From: Dictyostelium discoideum
Taxonomy: Eukaryota
Reading direction: 5' to 3'
Length of the DNA stretch: 64,000 nt
NCBI GenBank assembly: GCA_000004695.1
Contig: CM000152.2
Span: 192,001-256,000 of the forward strand
The notes under the pieces were generated by a model. It saw only the letters and a list, made by a program, of their open reading frames with translations, did not search any database and was not told the DNA's origin. Below are positions 44,934-60,096 of the stretch, piece by piece. The number at the start of each line of letters is the position of its first letter. Position 1 is the stretch's first letter. A program made the position numbers and the translations under genes.

Positions 44934-45337
44934 GTGTTGTTGCTATTGTTATTGGACTCATCATTTGGAGTAGTTGGTTCAGAACGAACATTGTTATTGT
45001 TGTTGCTGCTACCATTGTTGTTGTTGTTGTTGTTGCTGCTGTTAGCAGAGTTTTGATTAGAGAAATTAAAACTTGGTACCATTGATGATTGATTATCAGA
45101 TTGTGGTGATTGGTAATTATTTTGTGGTGATGGTACTGAATCACTATTGTTATTATTATTATTATTACTATTATTATTATTATTATTGTTGTGATTGTTG
45201 TTGTTATTACCATTATTATTACCATTATTATTACCACCATTTGAGTTATTTGATTTTTCATTACCATCTTTTGGCATGTTAATGATATCAGAACACCTAA
45301 TATATATAATTTTTTTTTTTTTTATGTTAGTAATTTT

Positions 45338-45372
<35 letters not shown>

Positions 45373-45989
45373 TTTGTATTTTTTTTTTTTTTTTCTTTGT
45401 TTCTAAAAATATATATTTACCATTCAAAATAATCAGGAACAGAAGAGTTTAATAAGATATCGGCCATTGTTGATTTTTGATCAGGTGTATTGCTATTGCT
45501 ATTACCGTTATTATTGTTATTATTTTGACTACTAATAATTAAATTAATTAAATTTTGATGGGCGATTGACGATGAAGAACCGTTAAAAATATTACTAGAT
45601 AATAAAGCTGATTTTAAGGAATCGAGGTTTTCTGAATTACTAGTATTATTATTATTACTATTGTTGTTGTTGTTGTTGTTGTTGTGGTTATGAATACTGT
45701 TTAAGTTATTTTGGTTTTGAAAAGAATTTTGGTTGTTGCTATTTAATAAATTATTATTATTATTATTAATAATATTATTATTTGAATTATTATTAATTGA
45801 GTTGTTATTTGTATTATAAATAATATTATTTTTAAAAAATGTATTTTTCAAAAGGTTTCCGGTATTAATATTAGTGTTATTATTAATATTATTAATATTA
45901 TTATTATTATTAGTATTATTAATGTTGGTGTTGCAAGAAGATAATGAAGGGAATTGAGTTGTTGAATAAAGCTGCTCTATTGAGGACAT
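43235..45989 (-). CDS. N-rich protein of about 876 aa with a conserved globular C-terminal domain (possible NDT80/PhoG-like or p53-like DNA-binding fold). Exon 1 is 45421..45989, the intron is 45297..45420, and exon 2 is 43235..45296.
   Basis: Two ORFs in the track (45417..45989 and 43235..45427) are joined by a GTAAAT...TATATATTAG intron in phase 2, giving ...PDYFEW|[11 protein letters not shown]... The C-terminal 300 aa are non-repetitive ([92 protein letters not shown]...[90 protein letters not shown]). The domain call is from memory only. Confidence 0.55.
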
Positions 45990-48335
45990 TTTTAGTTTGT
46001 ATACGTGTGTCTAGTAATGATTGGCCAAATTTAAATAATTCTAGAATTTTATGTGAATGAGTTAATATGTATAATTTAAATTCTAATCTTGTTGGGTGTG
46101 TGGGTTTTTTTATTTTTTTTTTTATTTTTTGTTTTTTTTTTTTGTTTTTTGTTTTTTTTTTGTTTTATTGTAAAGAAATTATATGGGTGGTGGGATATTT
46201 TTGAAATTTTTTTTTTTTTTTTTTTAAAATTTTTTTTTTTTTTTTTTAGTTATATTTAACTATTTTATTAAGGAGAACGATCTGTTTAAAAATACAATCG
46301 CTATTGGATGAATTGTTGAGTAAAATGTGTGAGGGGGTTTTACAAACAAATCTAATATATTTATAAAAGTAAAAAAAATAATAATAATAATAGTAAATAA
46401 ATAATTTAACTATAATATATTATTAATTATAATATTGCTATTTTTGTTTTGTTTGAACTAATTGGGAAAAAGATTTTAGGCAGAGATAAATAGGTGGATT
46501 GGTTCTTAAAAATATTATTTATCTATATTTATAAATATAAATAGAAATTTATGTATGTGTCTAAATATAAATAGAAATATATTTATGTGTGTGTATGTGG
46601 GGGTGTGCGTGTGTTTATTTGTATTTGGACTTGAGAAAAAAAAAAAAAAAAAAAAAAAAAAATTAAAAGAATAAGGTGGACACAATAATATATAGATATA
46701 TTTATATAAATAAATATACAATGAAATTATTTGATAAAGAGTATACGCGAGTAATTTATCTATTTTTATTTTTATTTTTATTTTTATTTTTATTTTTATT
46801 TTTATTTTTATTTTTGATTTGTAATAAAGTAAAACTACAAAGGGTAATAATAATAATAATAATTATGTAATAAAAAAAAAAAAAAAAATAATAATAATAG
46901 AAAGATAGAAATGGGCGTGAAATTGAAAATACAATGAAAAAGGAATGATAGATTTAAAATAAATATAAATTTTAAATCTTTATCAAATTATTACAATTTA
47001 TATTTCAACAACAATGCACCACAATTATTTTTATTTTTATTTTTATTTTTATTATTTATTTTTATTTGTAAATATTTTATTTGTTTTTTTTTTTTTTTTT
47101 ATTTTGTTTTGTTTAATTTTATTTTATTTTATTTTATTTTTTTTAGGTTTTTTTTTTTTTTTTTGGGTTTTTTTTTTTTTTTTTTTTGGGTTTTATAGGT
47201 TTGCAAAAATTAATAAAATAAATAAAAAAATAAAAAAAATAAAAAAAAAATAAAAATAAAACTCTGATCCTGATGATGATAATTACTTTTGCTATTTTTT
47301 TTGTTTATTTTTTTTTTTTTTTTTTTTTTTGTTTAATGATATATTAATTTATTTTTATTTATTTATTTTTTTTTTTTTTATTTTTATTTTTGTGTGTTAA
47401 TTAGTTTACTAAAATTTTTTTTTTTTTTTACAGGTTTTTTGGAAAAAAATAAATCAAAAAAAAAAAAATAAAAATTAAAAAAAAAAAAAAAAATTAAAAA
47501 AAAAATTGAAAAAAAAAAATTGGAAAAAAAAAAAAAAAATTAAAAAAAAAAAAAATTATCATAATAATGTGGTTTTTTTTTTTGGTGTGTCGGTTGGTAT
47601 TAAAAAAAAAAAAATTATCAGTTGAATTATGTTATATATTTATTCTCTGTAACCATTTATAACCTTATTTTAATTTAATTAATTTTATTTTTATTTTTAT
47701 TTTTATTTATTATTACTATTATTTTTATTTTTTTTATTTATTTATTTATTTATTTATTTATTATTCATTTATTATTTACCTTTTTTATTTTTTTGGTGTA
47801 TTAATAAGTGTTTTTTTTTTTTTTTTATATTATTTTTTTTTTTTTTTAAATCTGGAAATTTTTTTTTTTTTACTTTTTTTATTTTATTTTTTTTTAATTT
47901 TTATTTTATTTTTTAATTTTTAATTTTTATTATTATGATCAAAATTCTATTTTTAAATTTTTGATGTCTTCAACATGGCACCTTTATGATGACCATCACA
48001 GAAAATTCAATTTCAAATGAGAATTCCTATAAGAAAAAAAATAAATTATAAAATTATTGATGATGTGGTCGAACTTTGAATTATTAAAATGGAGTGAAAT
48101 AAAAAAATAATAAAGTGGAACTTATAAAATTCCATCATCTCATTCCACGACACCCAATTTGGAATAGAAATGGTAGATCAAAATATCAGTTTGAGTGTAT
48201 GGATTAGATTAGTTTTTTTGTATAAAATTTTTTATGAAAAAAAGATTTTTTCATGATTCCTCGAATAAATGAAATTAAGTTTTTTTTTTATAAAAAAAAA
48301 TTAAAAATAAAAAAATAAAAATAAAAAAAATAAAA

Positions 48336-48381
<46 letters not shown>

Positions 48382-48470
48382 TGGGGTTGGACAAAAATAA
48401 AATTTTTAAAATAGTCATAAATACACACACGCACGCTCACTGGCGCTCAGATCATAATTCAAATAATAAG

Positions 48471-50531
48471 ATGAGAACAATCTCACAAAAACTAATCTTA
48501 TTTTTATCGAAAAATCAAAAACTTAAATATTTCTTTAATACAAGTATTTTATTACTAGTTTTTTATTGGATTTATAAAAATGTTTTAATTAAAAAAAATA
48601 AAAATAAAAATAATAACCATGATGATCATGTCAACCAAAAAATTCAAAATATTCAAGAAAATCAAAAAACCACCACACAAAATATTCAAAATAAAAGAAA
48701 TGAAGATACAACAACAACTAAAAATTATTTTAAATTATCAAATGATATTAAAATTCATGTTTTAAGTACACCAGAAGAATGTGATTTAATTTTAAATGAA
48801 TTTTATCAATCATTATTATTGAAAATGGTTGATGATAAAAATTCACCACCAATGATTGATGGTGCAGACGGTGTAATAATAAATCAACAACAAACAACAA
48901 CAGAATTACTGTTATTCCCAAATTGTAATGAAATAAACAATGATGGTTTAGATTTTATAATTGGTTTTGATGCTGAATGGGGTAATCCAAATAGTATTTT
49001 TGATGATAAAATTGATGATAAAACTACAAAAACACATTATAATCATAAAGTTGCATTAATTCAATTATCAAGTAAAAATGAAACATTTTTAATTCAAGTT
49101 TCACAAATGGAGAAAATTCCAATATCATTGGAACAGATTTTAACAGATCCTCGTTTAATTAAAGTCGGTGTTGCAGTTTCACAAGATGCAGCAACCATTT
49201 TTCAAACATTTTCAGTTGTTACAAAAGGGTATGTTGATTTAGTACCAATTGCAAGATTAACCAATTATGAAGGAAATGGATTAGCAAGTTTAGCATTAAA
49301 CGTTATGAATGTAACATTAAATAAATCTAATAAAATTCGTTGTGGTCATTGGGAGAATAAAAAATTATCAAATGATCAAATTCATTATGCAGCAGCTGAT
49401 GCATGGGTTGGTAGAGAAATATTCGAAATTATGTTCAACACTTATAAAAACTCAAAAACTGATCCAAATGATAAAAAAGATTTAGTTTATACTTTATGTA
49501 GACAATTTACAGGTGCAAGTTTTAAAAGTATAAATAAATTAAAAAATAGAGAAAATAATAATAATGGCAATAATAATGACAATACCAATAATAAACCAAT
49601 TAAAGAAAACATGTTAAAGAAAACTGTACCTGATAAAAGAGTATTATATGATAATTGTTTAATGTATAGTCCTGATGATGTATTATTATCAAGTATTAGT
49701 AAAAAGAAAGTTGAATGGTATGTTAGTAGACAATTGGCAGATATAATTAAAGAAGAACCATTATCAATTAAATTAAAATTCCAACCACATGGTGAAGGTC
49801 ATTCTGGTGACCAATTTTATTTAGCATCAAAAGAGAATATTTGTGTAGTTTGTGGTTCAACTCATAAAATTCTACGTCATTCAATGGTACCACATTGTTA
49901 TCGTCAATATTTACCAGAGGAAATTAAAAGTCATTCATCACATGATGTAATATTAGTTTGTTGTGATTGTCATGCTATTCTAGATAAAAAGAATCAAATT
50001 ATGAAAATGATAATTTCACAACAATACAATGTACCAATTGATAATGAAAATAAACAATTTATAACTGACCATACTTTATTAAAAATTACTCAAATCGCAT
50101 CAATTGTTAAAAATAATTTCTATTCAACAGGAAATAATAATAACATTAGTGAAGATAATTTAATTAAAGGTAATAAAAAATGTAAAAAGAATATTCCAGA
50201 TGAGAAATTAGAAGAAATGAAGAAAATTGTAATGGAATATATTGGAAAGGAAGAGATTAATGTTGAAGATTTAGATGAAATTTTAAAATTAAATCCAAAA
50301 CAAAAGAATGAAAATTATATTCCACATGAAAAAAAAGTTATTGATAAAGTATTGGCAATGGGTGAAAAAGGTATATTTGAATTTATTCGTAGTTGGAGAA
50401 AGAATTTCGTTGAATCAGTTCAACCAAAATTCCTTCCAGAACATTGGTCAATTGATAAAGTTGTTTGTTGTGATAATGGTCATCGTAAACCAAAAGATCA
50501 AAGACAAAAACAAATTCAAAATCAAGAATAA
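48471..50531 (+). CDS. EXD2-like protein, paralog 1 (686 aa from the ATG at 48471): N-terminal TM helix, 3'-5' exonuclease (DEDDy) domain and C-terminal HNH-like Cys/His motif.
   Basis: The exonuclease motifs are FIIGFDAEW (Exo I), HKVALIQLSSKNETFLIQV, and YAAADAWVGREIFE (Exo III, Y-x3-D). The HNH-like motif is CVVCGSTHKILRHSMVPHCYRQYLPEEIKSHSSHDVILVCCDCHAIL. The predicted TM is ILLLVFYWIY. The track ORF extends upstream of this ATG to a non-ATG codon, so the true start is uncertain. Confidence 0.8.
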   Translation: MRTISQKLILFLSKNQKLKYFFNTSILLLVFYWIYKNVLIKKNKNKNNNHDDHVNQKIQNIQENQKTTTQNIQNKRNEDTTTTKNYFKLSNDIKIHVLSTPEECDLILNEFYQSLLLKMVDDKNSPPMIDGADGVIINQQQTTTELLLFPNCNEINNDGLDFIIGFDAEWGNPNSIFDDKIDDKTTKTHYNHKVALIQLSSKNETFLIQVSQMEKIPISLEQILTDPRLIKVGVAVSQDAATIFQTFSVVTKGYVDLVPIARLTNYEGNGLASLALNVMNVTLNKSNKIRCGHWENKKLSNDQIHYAAADAWVGREIFEIMFNTYKNSKTDPNDKKDLVYTLCRQFTGASFKSINKLKNRENNNNGNNNDNTNNKPIKENMLKKTVPDKRVLYDNCLMYSPDDVLLSSISKKKVEWYVSRQLADIIKEEPLSIKLKFQPHGEGHSGDQFYLASKENICVVCGSTHKILRHSMVPHCYRQYLPEEIKSHSSHDVILVCCDCHAILDKKNQIMKMIISQQYNVPIDNENKQFITDHTLLKITQIASIVKNNFYSTGNNNNISEDNLIKGNKKCKKNIPDEKLEEMKKIVMEYIGKEEINVEDLDEILKLNPKQKNENYIPHEKKVIDKVLAMGEKGIFEFIRSWRKNFVESVQPKFLPEHWSIDKVVCCDNGHRKPKDQRQKQIQNQE

Positions 50532-50963
50532 TTAATTAATTAATTAAATTATAACAATAATAATAATAAAAATAAAAATGTAATAATAGTTTTTTTTAAA
50601 AAAGATTTTATTTATTTTTATTTTTTTTATTTTTCCAACTTTTTTTTTTTTTTTGGGGGAGGGGGTTATATATTTTTAGATTTTTTTTTTTATTTTAGGA
50701 TTTTTTAAAGAATGACGCATCACAAACACACAAACAACCAAACAAAAATAAATTTAAGCTTTCGAATTTCGTTGTTTTTTTAACGAAATTTTGTTTATTT
50801 TTTAGAGGTTGAAAATTTTTTTTCAAAGAATCTTGAAAAGTTATGAAAATTATAAAAAAAAAAAAAAAAAAAAAATTAACGTGCTTTCAGTTATTTATCA
50901 AAAAAAAAATAAATTATTATCATTAATAATATATATTTTAATAACAATAACAATAACAATAAA

Positions 50964-53120
<2,157 letters not shown>

Positions 53121-53511
53121 TAACAATAACAATAATAATAATAGTAATAATAAATTAATTACAATAATAATAATAATAAATTAAAGATCTTTTTTTTTTT
53201 TAATTAATTTAATATAAAAAAAAAAAAAAATAAAAAAAAAAAAAAAAACAAATATCAAGATAAAAATTTTAGTTGTGAACAATAACAACAATAATGATTT
53301 AATACGCTGTTTTTTAACTTATTATTATTATTATAAAAAAAAATAAAAAAAATAAAAAAAAAAGAAAAAAAATAAAAAAAAAGAAAATTTTAAAAGAAGT
53401 TATGGGGTTAACCAATTTCTTTTCCTTATTCTCAATGCCGAAATGCAAAGGAAATTTTTTTTTTTCTTTTTTAAAAAAATATCTTTACCCAAAATGACTT
53501 CAAATTGTTTT

Positions 53512-53543
<32 letters not shown>

Positions 53544-54459
53544 TCAAAAAGTTGAAAAAAAATAAATAATCAATCAAGCTCATTTTACTAGTTAAAAATC
53601 AAATAATGATTAAAAAATATCAGAATTATCGTTTTGTAAAAAAACAATATCCAATTGTTTTTTTTTATTTTTTTTTGTATGTATGTTGTGGACAAAAAAA
53701 AAAAAAAATCAATTCAAATTATTTATTATTAAAAAAAAAAAAAAAAATCCCAAAAAATAAAAAAATAAAAAATAAAAAAAAATTAATTTTCCATTTTACA
53801 TAAAGGAACTATTTTTAAGACCACAATTTTAATTATTGTTCCCCCACCAATTACTTTATTGTTAAAAATTTTTTTTTATAATAAACTCAGCCTGTTGTTC
53901 AACCATTGATTCATTTTAAAATTTATTTTGAATTTGGATAATTATGGTGGTGATTAAAAAAATAAGAAATAGAATATTAGATCATAATTTTTTAAAATCT
54001 CAATTAATCACAAAGTCTACAAAATAAAAAATACCCCAAACAAATACTTTCATTATTTTTTTAAAAAAAAAAAAAAAAATCATAAAAATAAAAAAAAAAA
54101 ACTGAAGGGGGTAAAAAAAACTATTTTCCAAAATTTCCCACTATGATTGATTGTTTTAACACGTTATTTTTTTGTGTTTATATATATAGTTCAATGGAAA
54201 CCAGTTAATTTTGATCACACAGAGGGGTTCCATTTTTTTTTTATTTTTATTTTTATTATTTTTTTTTTAATTTTTTTAATTTTTTTATTTAATTTTAATT
54301 TAAATTCTATTTCAATTTTCGAAAGATAATCATTATCTTTTATTGATTGGATGCCCTATTATCTTGATTTTATAAAAGATTGACCCAATAAATTGATTAC
54401 AATAATATTTTCATTCCTTTTATCATCAACAATCACCGAACAAACAAATTAAGTAAATC

Positions 54460-54491
<32 letters not shown>

Positions 54492-54719
54492 TATCTCAAA
54501 ATAACCTTTTAAGTTCATGTGAGCATTAAAAATAATTAAATTATTTCGTGATTATATAATATTTCAAATTTTCATAAACATTATTTTTTATAAAAATTAA
54601 AAAAGTATAAATAGAATTTTTTTTTATTTATTTTTCATTTCACAATTTAAAATATATAAAATAAAAAAAAAAAAATCAAATAAATAATTTAATAGATTGT
54701 ATTAATAAATTTTTATAAA

Positions 54720-54799
54720 ATGGCAAAAATTATAATTTCTTTAATTTTATTGCTCTCTTTATTTTCATTTTCATATGGTAAATAATTTAATTATCAAAT

Positions 54800-54849
<50 letters not shown>

Positions 54850-55623
54850 AAAAAACATTAACCACTAAAATAATTATAGGTGCTTATAATTGTAATAAAT
54901 TAAATTGTTCATCAAAAAATACAAAATGTAGAACATTCTCTTGTACTAGTGTTGTTGGATGTTATTATACTGATAAATGCACTAGCCCAGATTTATGCCA
55001 TAATTCTGCTTGTAATGCTTCAACTGGAAATTGTACATTAACTACTATCAGTTGTAATGATAATAACCCTTGTACTGATGATTTTTGCCATCCAGGTTAT
55101 GGTTGTTATAGTGTTCCAAACAGTTGTGATCCAGGTGTAATTTGCCAACAAAATTGTAATGATAATGATCCATGTACATATGATTTCTGTGATGCTTTAA
55201 ATATTTGTCGTCATTCCGAAACCTATTGCAATGATGGTGATGCTTGTACATTAAATACTTGTGGTGTAAATGGTTGTAACTTTACAAAAATATCTTGCGA
55301 TGATAATGGTAAGATATATATATATTTTTGTCTACTCAAATTGTTAACAAAAAAAGAAAATAATAATAACATTTAATTTATTTTATTAAATTTTAGATCC
55401 ATGTACTGCCGATTATTGTTCAACATTATATGGTTGTTATCATGAACCAATCGAATGTTCAATTAAAGTACCATGTAATATTGATTCCGATTGTAATAGA
55501 AATAATGGATGTGAAACTTTTACTTGTAATTTATCAACAAATACCTGTGATTACTATGCTAAAAATTGTGGTGGTTGGCCATGTATTAATAATCAATGTA
55601 CAACTGGTTCAATTTCAAATTAA
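54720..55623 (+). CDS. Secreted Cys-rich protein with Dictyostelium CTDC-type repeats (prestalk/spore-coat-like ECM protein family) of about 237 aa. Exons are 54720..54777, 54880..55308 and 55397..55623.
   Basis: Exon 1 is a signal peptide (MAKIIISLILLLSLFSFSY|G) ending at a GTAAAT donor. Exons 2 and 3 encode repeated C-x-D-x-N-x-C-T-x-D-x-C units (CNDNNPCTDDFCHPGYGCY, CNDNDPCTYDFCDALNIC, CDDNDPCTADYCSTLYGCY...). Introns are in phase 1 and phase 1, and lengths close (58+429+227 nt). The overlapping track ORFs 55430..55732(+) and 55048..55251(-) are wrong-frame artefacts. Confidence 0.8.
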
Positions 55624-55667
55624 ATATACCTTTACATTTTCATATATTTATTTATATATTTATTTAT

Positions 55668-55705
<38 letters not shown>

Positions 55706-55836
55706 AAATGTTCGAATTCGATTGAAATTTAAGAAATAAAAGGTAGGTGGAAAATTAATATATACTCAAAACAGTTTTATTTATATTTATTATTTTTTTA
55801 AAAATGATCATATTTATTAAAAATTATTATATATTT

Positions 55837-57141
55837 CTATAAATTATTTAAATTTTTAAATTTTGAATATTCAAATAATAATTCATCAATATCACTAACA
55901 TCTTGAAGAGTTGTTGGAATTATATAGCTTTTATCTATTTGAAATTAAAATATTAATTAGTAAATATAAAAAAAAGATACATTATTTAATAATGAAAATA
56001 AAAATGAAAACATACTATTAAAAATTGAGGTAAATATTGATTTGATTGTTTTCCAAGTTCTTGTTTTTGGTCTAATTATAAACACTTACAATCTTTTAAC
56101 TATTATTTATTTAATATTTGGGAGAGTAGAAAGATTTTTTTTAACTATATTGTTAATTTCATTTTTTAATGAGATAGTATCTATATTTATATTTTCTAGT
56201 ACTAATATTGCAGCAATTTCTTTACCATGAATTTCATCATCTATACCAATAACACAAGATTCAAAAATATTTTGAATTTTTAAAATTAAATTTTCAAGTA
56301 CACCACCATTAACAATATAACTATCATATGAAAATGAATCATCATATCTTGAACAAAAATACCATAAATTATTTTCATAATAACCAATATCTTTTGTTCT
56401 AAAATATCCTTCATATTCATTTAAATATGGTTGCTTATATATTAATCTATCATTAATATCACCCAATAAACGATTACGTACACCAGGTGGAATGGAAACT
56501 TTATAACAATTTCACCTTTTCATTTTCTTTATTTTCAATTACACTAGCTTGATTATTATTGTTGGAGTTGGTGTTGGTGAATAAATATTTAACAGATATG
56601 ATAATCCTTTTTGAGTATAACCACCAAATATTATATTATGTGTTGCACCAATTCTACAACATGATAATGTTGATATAATTAATTTAATACTATTTTGCAT
56701 ATAAATGATTACAATATCACCTTTTTAATACCTAAATTCTTTAATGATCTTAAAATTTACAAACTTTATCAAATAATTGTTTATATGTAATTTGAGTTGA
56801 AATTTGTTTTGATGGTATTTCATGTACAAATGCGATTTCTTCACCTCTACCATTAACAATATGTTTATCTAATGCATTATAACATGCATTTAATAATCCA
56901 CTTGAAAACCATTCATTATTATTACTATTATAAATATTTTCATATTCTTTATCTCTGTAATATAATAATAATAAAACTATTAATAAAATAATAATTAGAA
57001 GCCATACCAATGAACATATTTTTTAGTAACATCATTCCAAAATGATAATTGATCATTTAATCCATACTGGTAATCATTTTCATAATCAAAAGGTTTTGAT
57101 AATTTAAATTGTTGTTTTTTATTATTATTATTGTTAATCAT
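55837..57141 (-). pseudogene. Decayed partial duplicate of the downstream acyl-CoA synthetase gene, with the same exon layout, an internal deletion of about 0.95 kb, frameshifts and premature stops.
   Basis: The pseudogene's upstream region is similar to the intact gene's. It carries the same 4-exon layout, with a homologous micro-exon and terminal exon (KSYIIPTTLQDVSDIDELLFEYSKFKNLNNL* vs KSYIIPPTLQDDIVIDELLIEYSKFKNSNDI*). The exon-1/exon-2 junction gives TG+A (a TGA stop) where the intact copy has TG+G (Trp). Single-base deletions produce ...KVCKF* where the intact copy reads KVCKFSRSLKNLGIKKGD. The sequence jumps from the (PT)n region directly to the C-terminal third, so the AMP-binding core including the TSGTTSKPK motif is absent. 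TAA replaces TAT at ...NIK(Y). Confidence 0.7.
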
Positions 57142-57292
57142 TTTAATAATTAAATAATTATTTTACATTATTTTGAATTTTTATTAGCTCTATAATAAAT
57201 AAAATAATAGAAAAAAAAAAAAAAAAATTTAACATTATTTATAGGTTGCTGAATAGAGAGTAAAAGTAAAAAAAAGAAATAACCAGTGGTAC

Positions 57293-57500
57293 CAAATAAA
57301 ATTATTTTTCACCACTTTAGTGCTGATATTTTTATATCTGACCAGCCAACCTTAATTCAACACAACAATTTTTTTTTATTTTTCTTTAATTTAATTTATT
57401 GGGGGAGAGTTGTTCAAAAAAAAATAAAGGGTGGCAAACTCAGCAGCTCCACATAAAATTACTTTCCACCACTTTGATGTTGATTTTTTCATATCTGGCT
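57293..57500. repeat. Two imperfect direct repeats of about 50 nt, roughly 110 nt apart, in the spacer between the ACS pseudogene and the intact ACS gene.
   Basis: caaataaaattatttttcaccactttagtgctgatatttttatatctgaccagcc (57293..57346) against cacataaaattactttccaccactttgatgttgattttttcatatctggcttttt (57452..57500); roughly 80% identical. Each is preceded by a short G-rich block (aaccagtggtacc / gggtggcaaactcagcagctcc). Confidence 0.6.
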
Positions 57501-57686
57501 TTTTAATAAAAAATAATTTATTTCAACAACAAATTTTTTTTTTTTCTTCAAGAATAAATCGCAAACAGTTTTATTTATAATTATTATTTTTTAATAGTTA
57601 TTATATTTATTCATTTTAACGTTTATTTCTTTTGATCCCCCAGAATAGGAGAGAGATGGAGAGTTTGTGAAAATTACTATAAATTT

Positions 57687-60038
57687 CTATATATCATTGG
57701 AATTTTTAAATTTTGAATATTCAATTAATAATTCATCAATAACAATATCATCTTGAAGAGTTGGCGGAATTATATAGGATTTATCTATTTGAAGTAAAAA
57801 TATTAATATAATTTTAATAATAGATACAGTTAATAAAAATAACAATAATAAAAATAAAAATGAATTCATACTATTAAAAATTGATGTTAATAATGATTTA
57901 ATTCTTTTCCCAGTTCTTGTTTTTGGTCTAATATTAAAAATAATAATTTAGTTAATATAATTGCTTTTATTGTTATTATTATTATCGAAGATTATTATTT
58001 TAATTATAAACACTTACAATCTTTTAACTATTATTATATATTTAATATTTATGCAAGTAAAAAGATTAGTTTTAACTATATTATTAATTTCATTTTTTAA
58101 TGAGATAGTATCTATATTTTTATTTTCTAGTACTAATATTGCAGCAATTTCTTGACCATGGATTTCATCATCTATACCAATAACACAAGATTCAGAAATA
58201 TTTTGAATTTTTAGAATTAAATTTTCAAGTACACCACTATTAACAATAACACTACCATATGAAATTGAATCATCAGATCTTGAACTAAAATACCATACTT
58301 TATTTTCATCAAAATAACCAATATCTTTTGTTCTAAAATATCCTTCAAACTCATTTAAATAATGTTGCTTATATAATAATCTATCATTAGTATCACCAAA
58401 TAAACAATTACATAAACCAGGTGGTAATGGAAACTTTATAACAATTTCACCTTTTTCATTTTCTTTATTTTCAATTACACTAGTTTGATTATTATTGTTG
58501 ATTTTTGAAACTATTTTAATATTATAACCAGGTGCAACTTTACCAATAGCATCAACACTACAATTTTTTAAATTTAAATCATTTTCAGTTGAATTATAAA
58601 TCATTGGAAATCCAGATTCAGTTTGCCAATAATCAATTATTATTGATAATTTTAAAGTATTGGTTAAATAATTTATTGTCTTTTCATAAACTTTTTCAGA
58701 ACCAATTGATACATGTTTTAAATGTTTTAAATTAAATTGAAATCTAATTTCACCATTTGGGTCAACCATTTTTATTAAATTCATTTGGTGTGGTGTTGTT
58801 GGGAATACATTAACATTATACTTTTCAATTAAACTCCAAAACATTCTAACTTTTTCAGTATCATTATCATTTTCATTTAATGGACCTTCAATAAAAACTG
58901 ATTTACAGCCAGAAAATAAGCAACCATAAAGCAATGTACTATGACCACTAACCCAACCAATTGAGCTTAAACTTAAATAAGTATCACCCTTATTTAATTT
59001 AAATATATTTTTAACTGAATAACAAAGTGATGCAATATGACCAGCTGTTTCTCTAACAATTGCTTTTGGTTTACTTGTTGTACCACTGGTATTCATAACA
59101 TAAATTGGATGATTTGATTCAACTAATTCATACTCTAATAATGGTTCAATATCACCACCATTAACTAAATCATTCCAATCAAAAATATTAAAATTATGAT
59201 TATTATTTTGATTATTATTATTATTGTTCTTATTATTACCATTATTATTATAATCATTTCTATTGAATAAAATTATATTTTTTAAATTTAAATTTGAATT
59301 TATTAATGATTCTATTATTTCTTTATAAAAATAATATATATCATTATTTAATAAACCATAGTTTGAAGTAATTATTAGTTTTGGTGATTGATTGAAATTT
59401 GGTGTTGGTGTTGGTGTTGGTGTTGGTGTTGGTGTTGGTGTTGGTGTTGGTGTTGGTGAATAAATATTTAACAAATCAGTTAGTCCTTTTTGAGTATAAC
59501 CACCAAATATTATATTATGTGTTGCACCAATTCTACAACATGATAATGCTGATATAATTAATTCAATACTATTATGCATATAAATTATTACAATATCACC
59601 TTTTTTAATACCCAAATTCTTTAATGATCTTGAAAATTTACAAACTTTATCAAATAATTGTTTATATGTAATTTGAGTTGAAATTTGTTTTGATGGTATT
59701 TCATGCACAAATGCAATTTCTTCACCTCCACCATTAACAATATGTTTATCTAATGCATTATAACATGCATTTAATAATCCACCTGAAAACCATTCATTAT
59801 TATTACTATTATAAATATTTTCATATTCTTTGTCCCTATAGTATAATATTAATAATTACTATTATTTTAATTATAATATTAATATTATATATTATTAATT
59901 TAACATCATACATACCAATGAACATATTTTTTAGCAACATCATTCCAAAATGAAAATTGATCATTTAACCCATACTGGTAATCATTTTCATAATTAAAAG
60001 GTTCTGATAATTTATATTGTTGTTTATTATTATTATTA

Positions 60039-60096
<58 letters not shown>

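Noticed and set aside
55430-55732. Plus-strand ORF 55430..55732 and minus-strand ORF 55048..55251 over the Cys-repeat gene.
   Set aside because: They are wrong-frame or antisense reads. The true frame gives the C-x-D-x-N-x-C-T-x-D-x-C repeats and joins exon 2 in phase 1.
56107-57010. ORFs 56107..56466 and 56750..57010 as two independent small genes.
   Set aside because: They are fragments of one decayed acyl-CoA synthetase duplicate (see pseudogene feature). Each matches a different part of the intact paralog.
58014-58016. TAA stop ending ACS ORF 58014..59708 as the true C-terminus.
   Set aside because: The TAA overlaps a GTAAGT donor. The downstream micro-exon and terminal exon restore the conserved PKTR(S/T)GK C-terminal motif and are conserved in the paralogous pseudogene.
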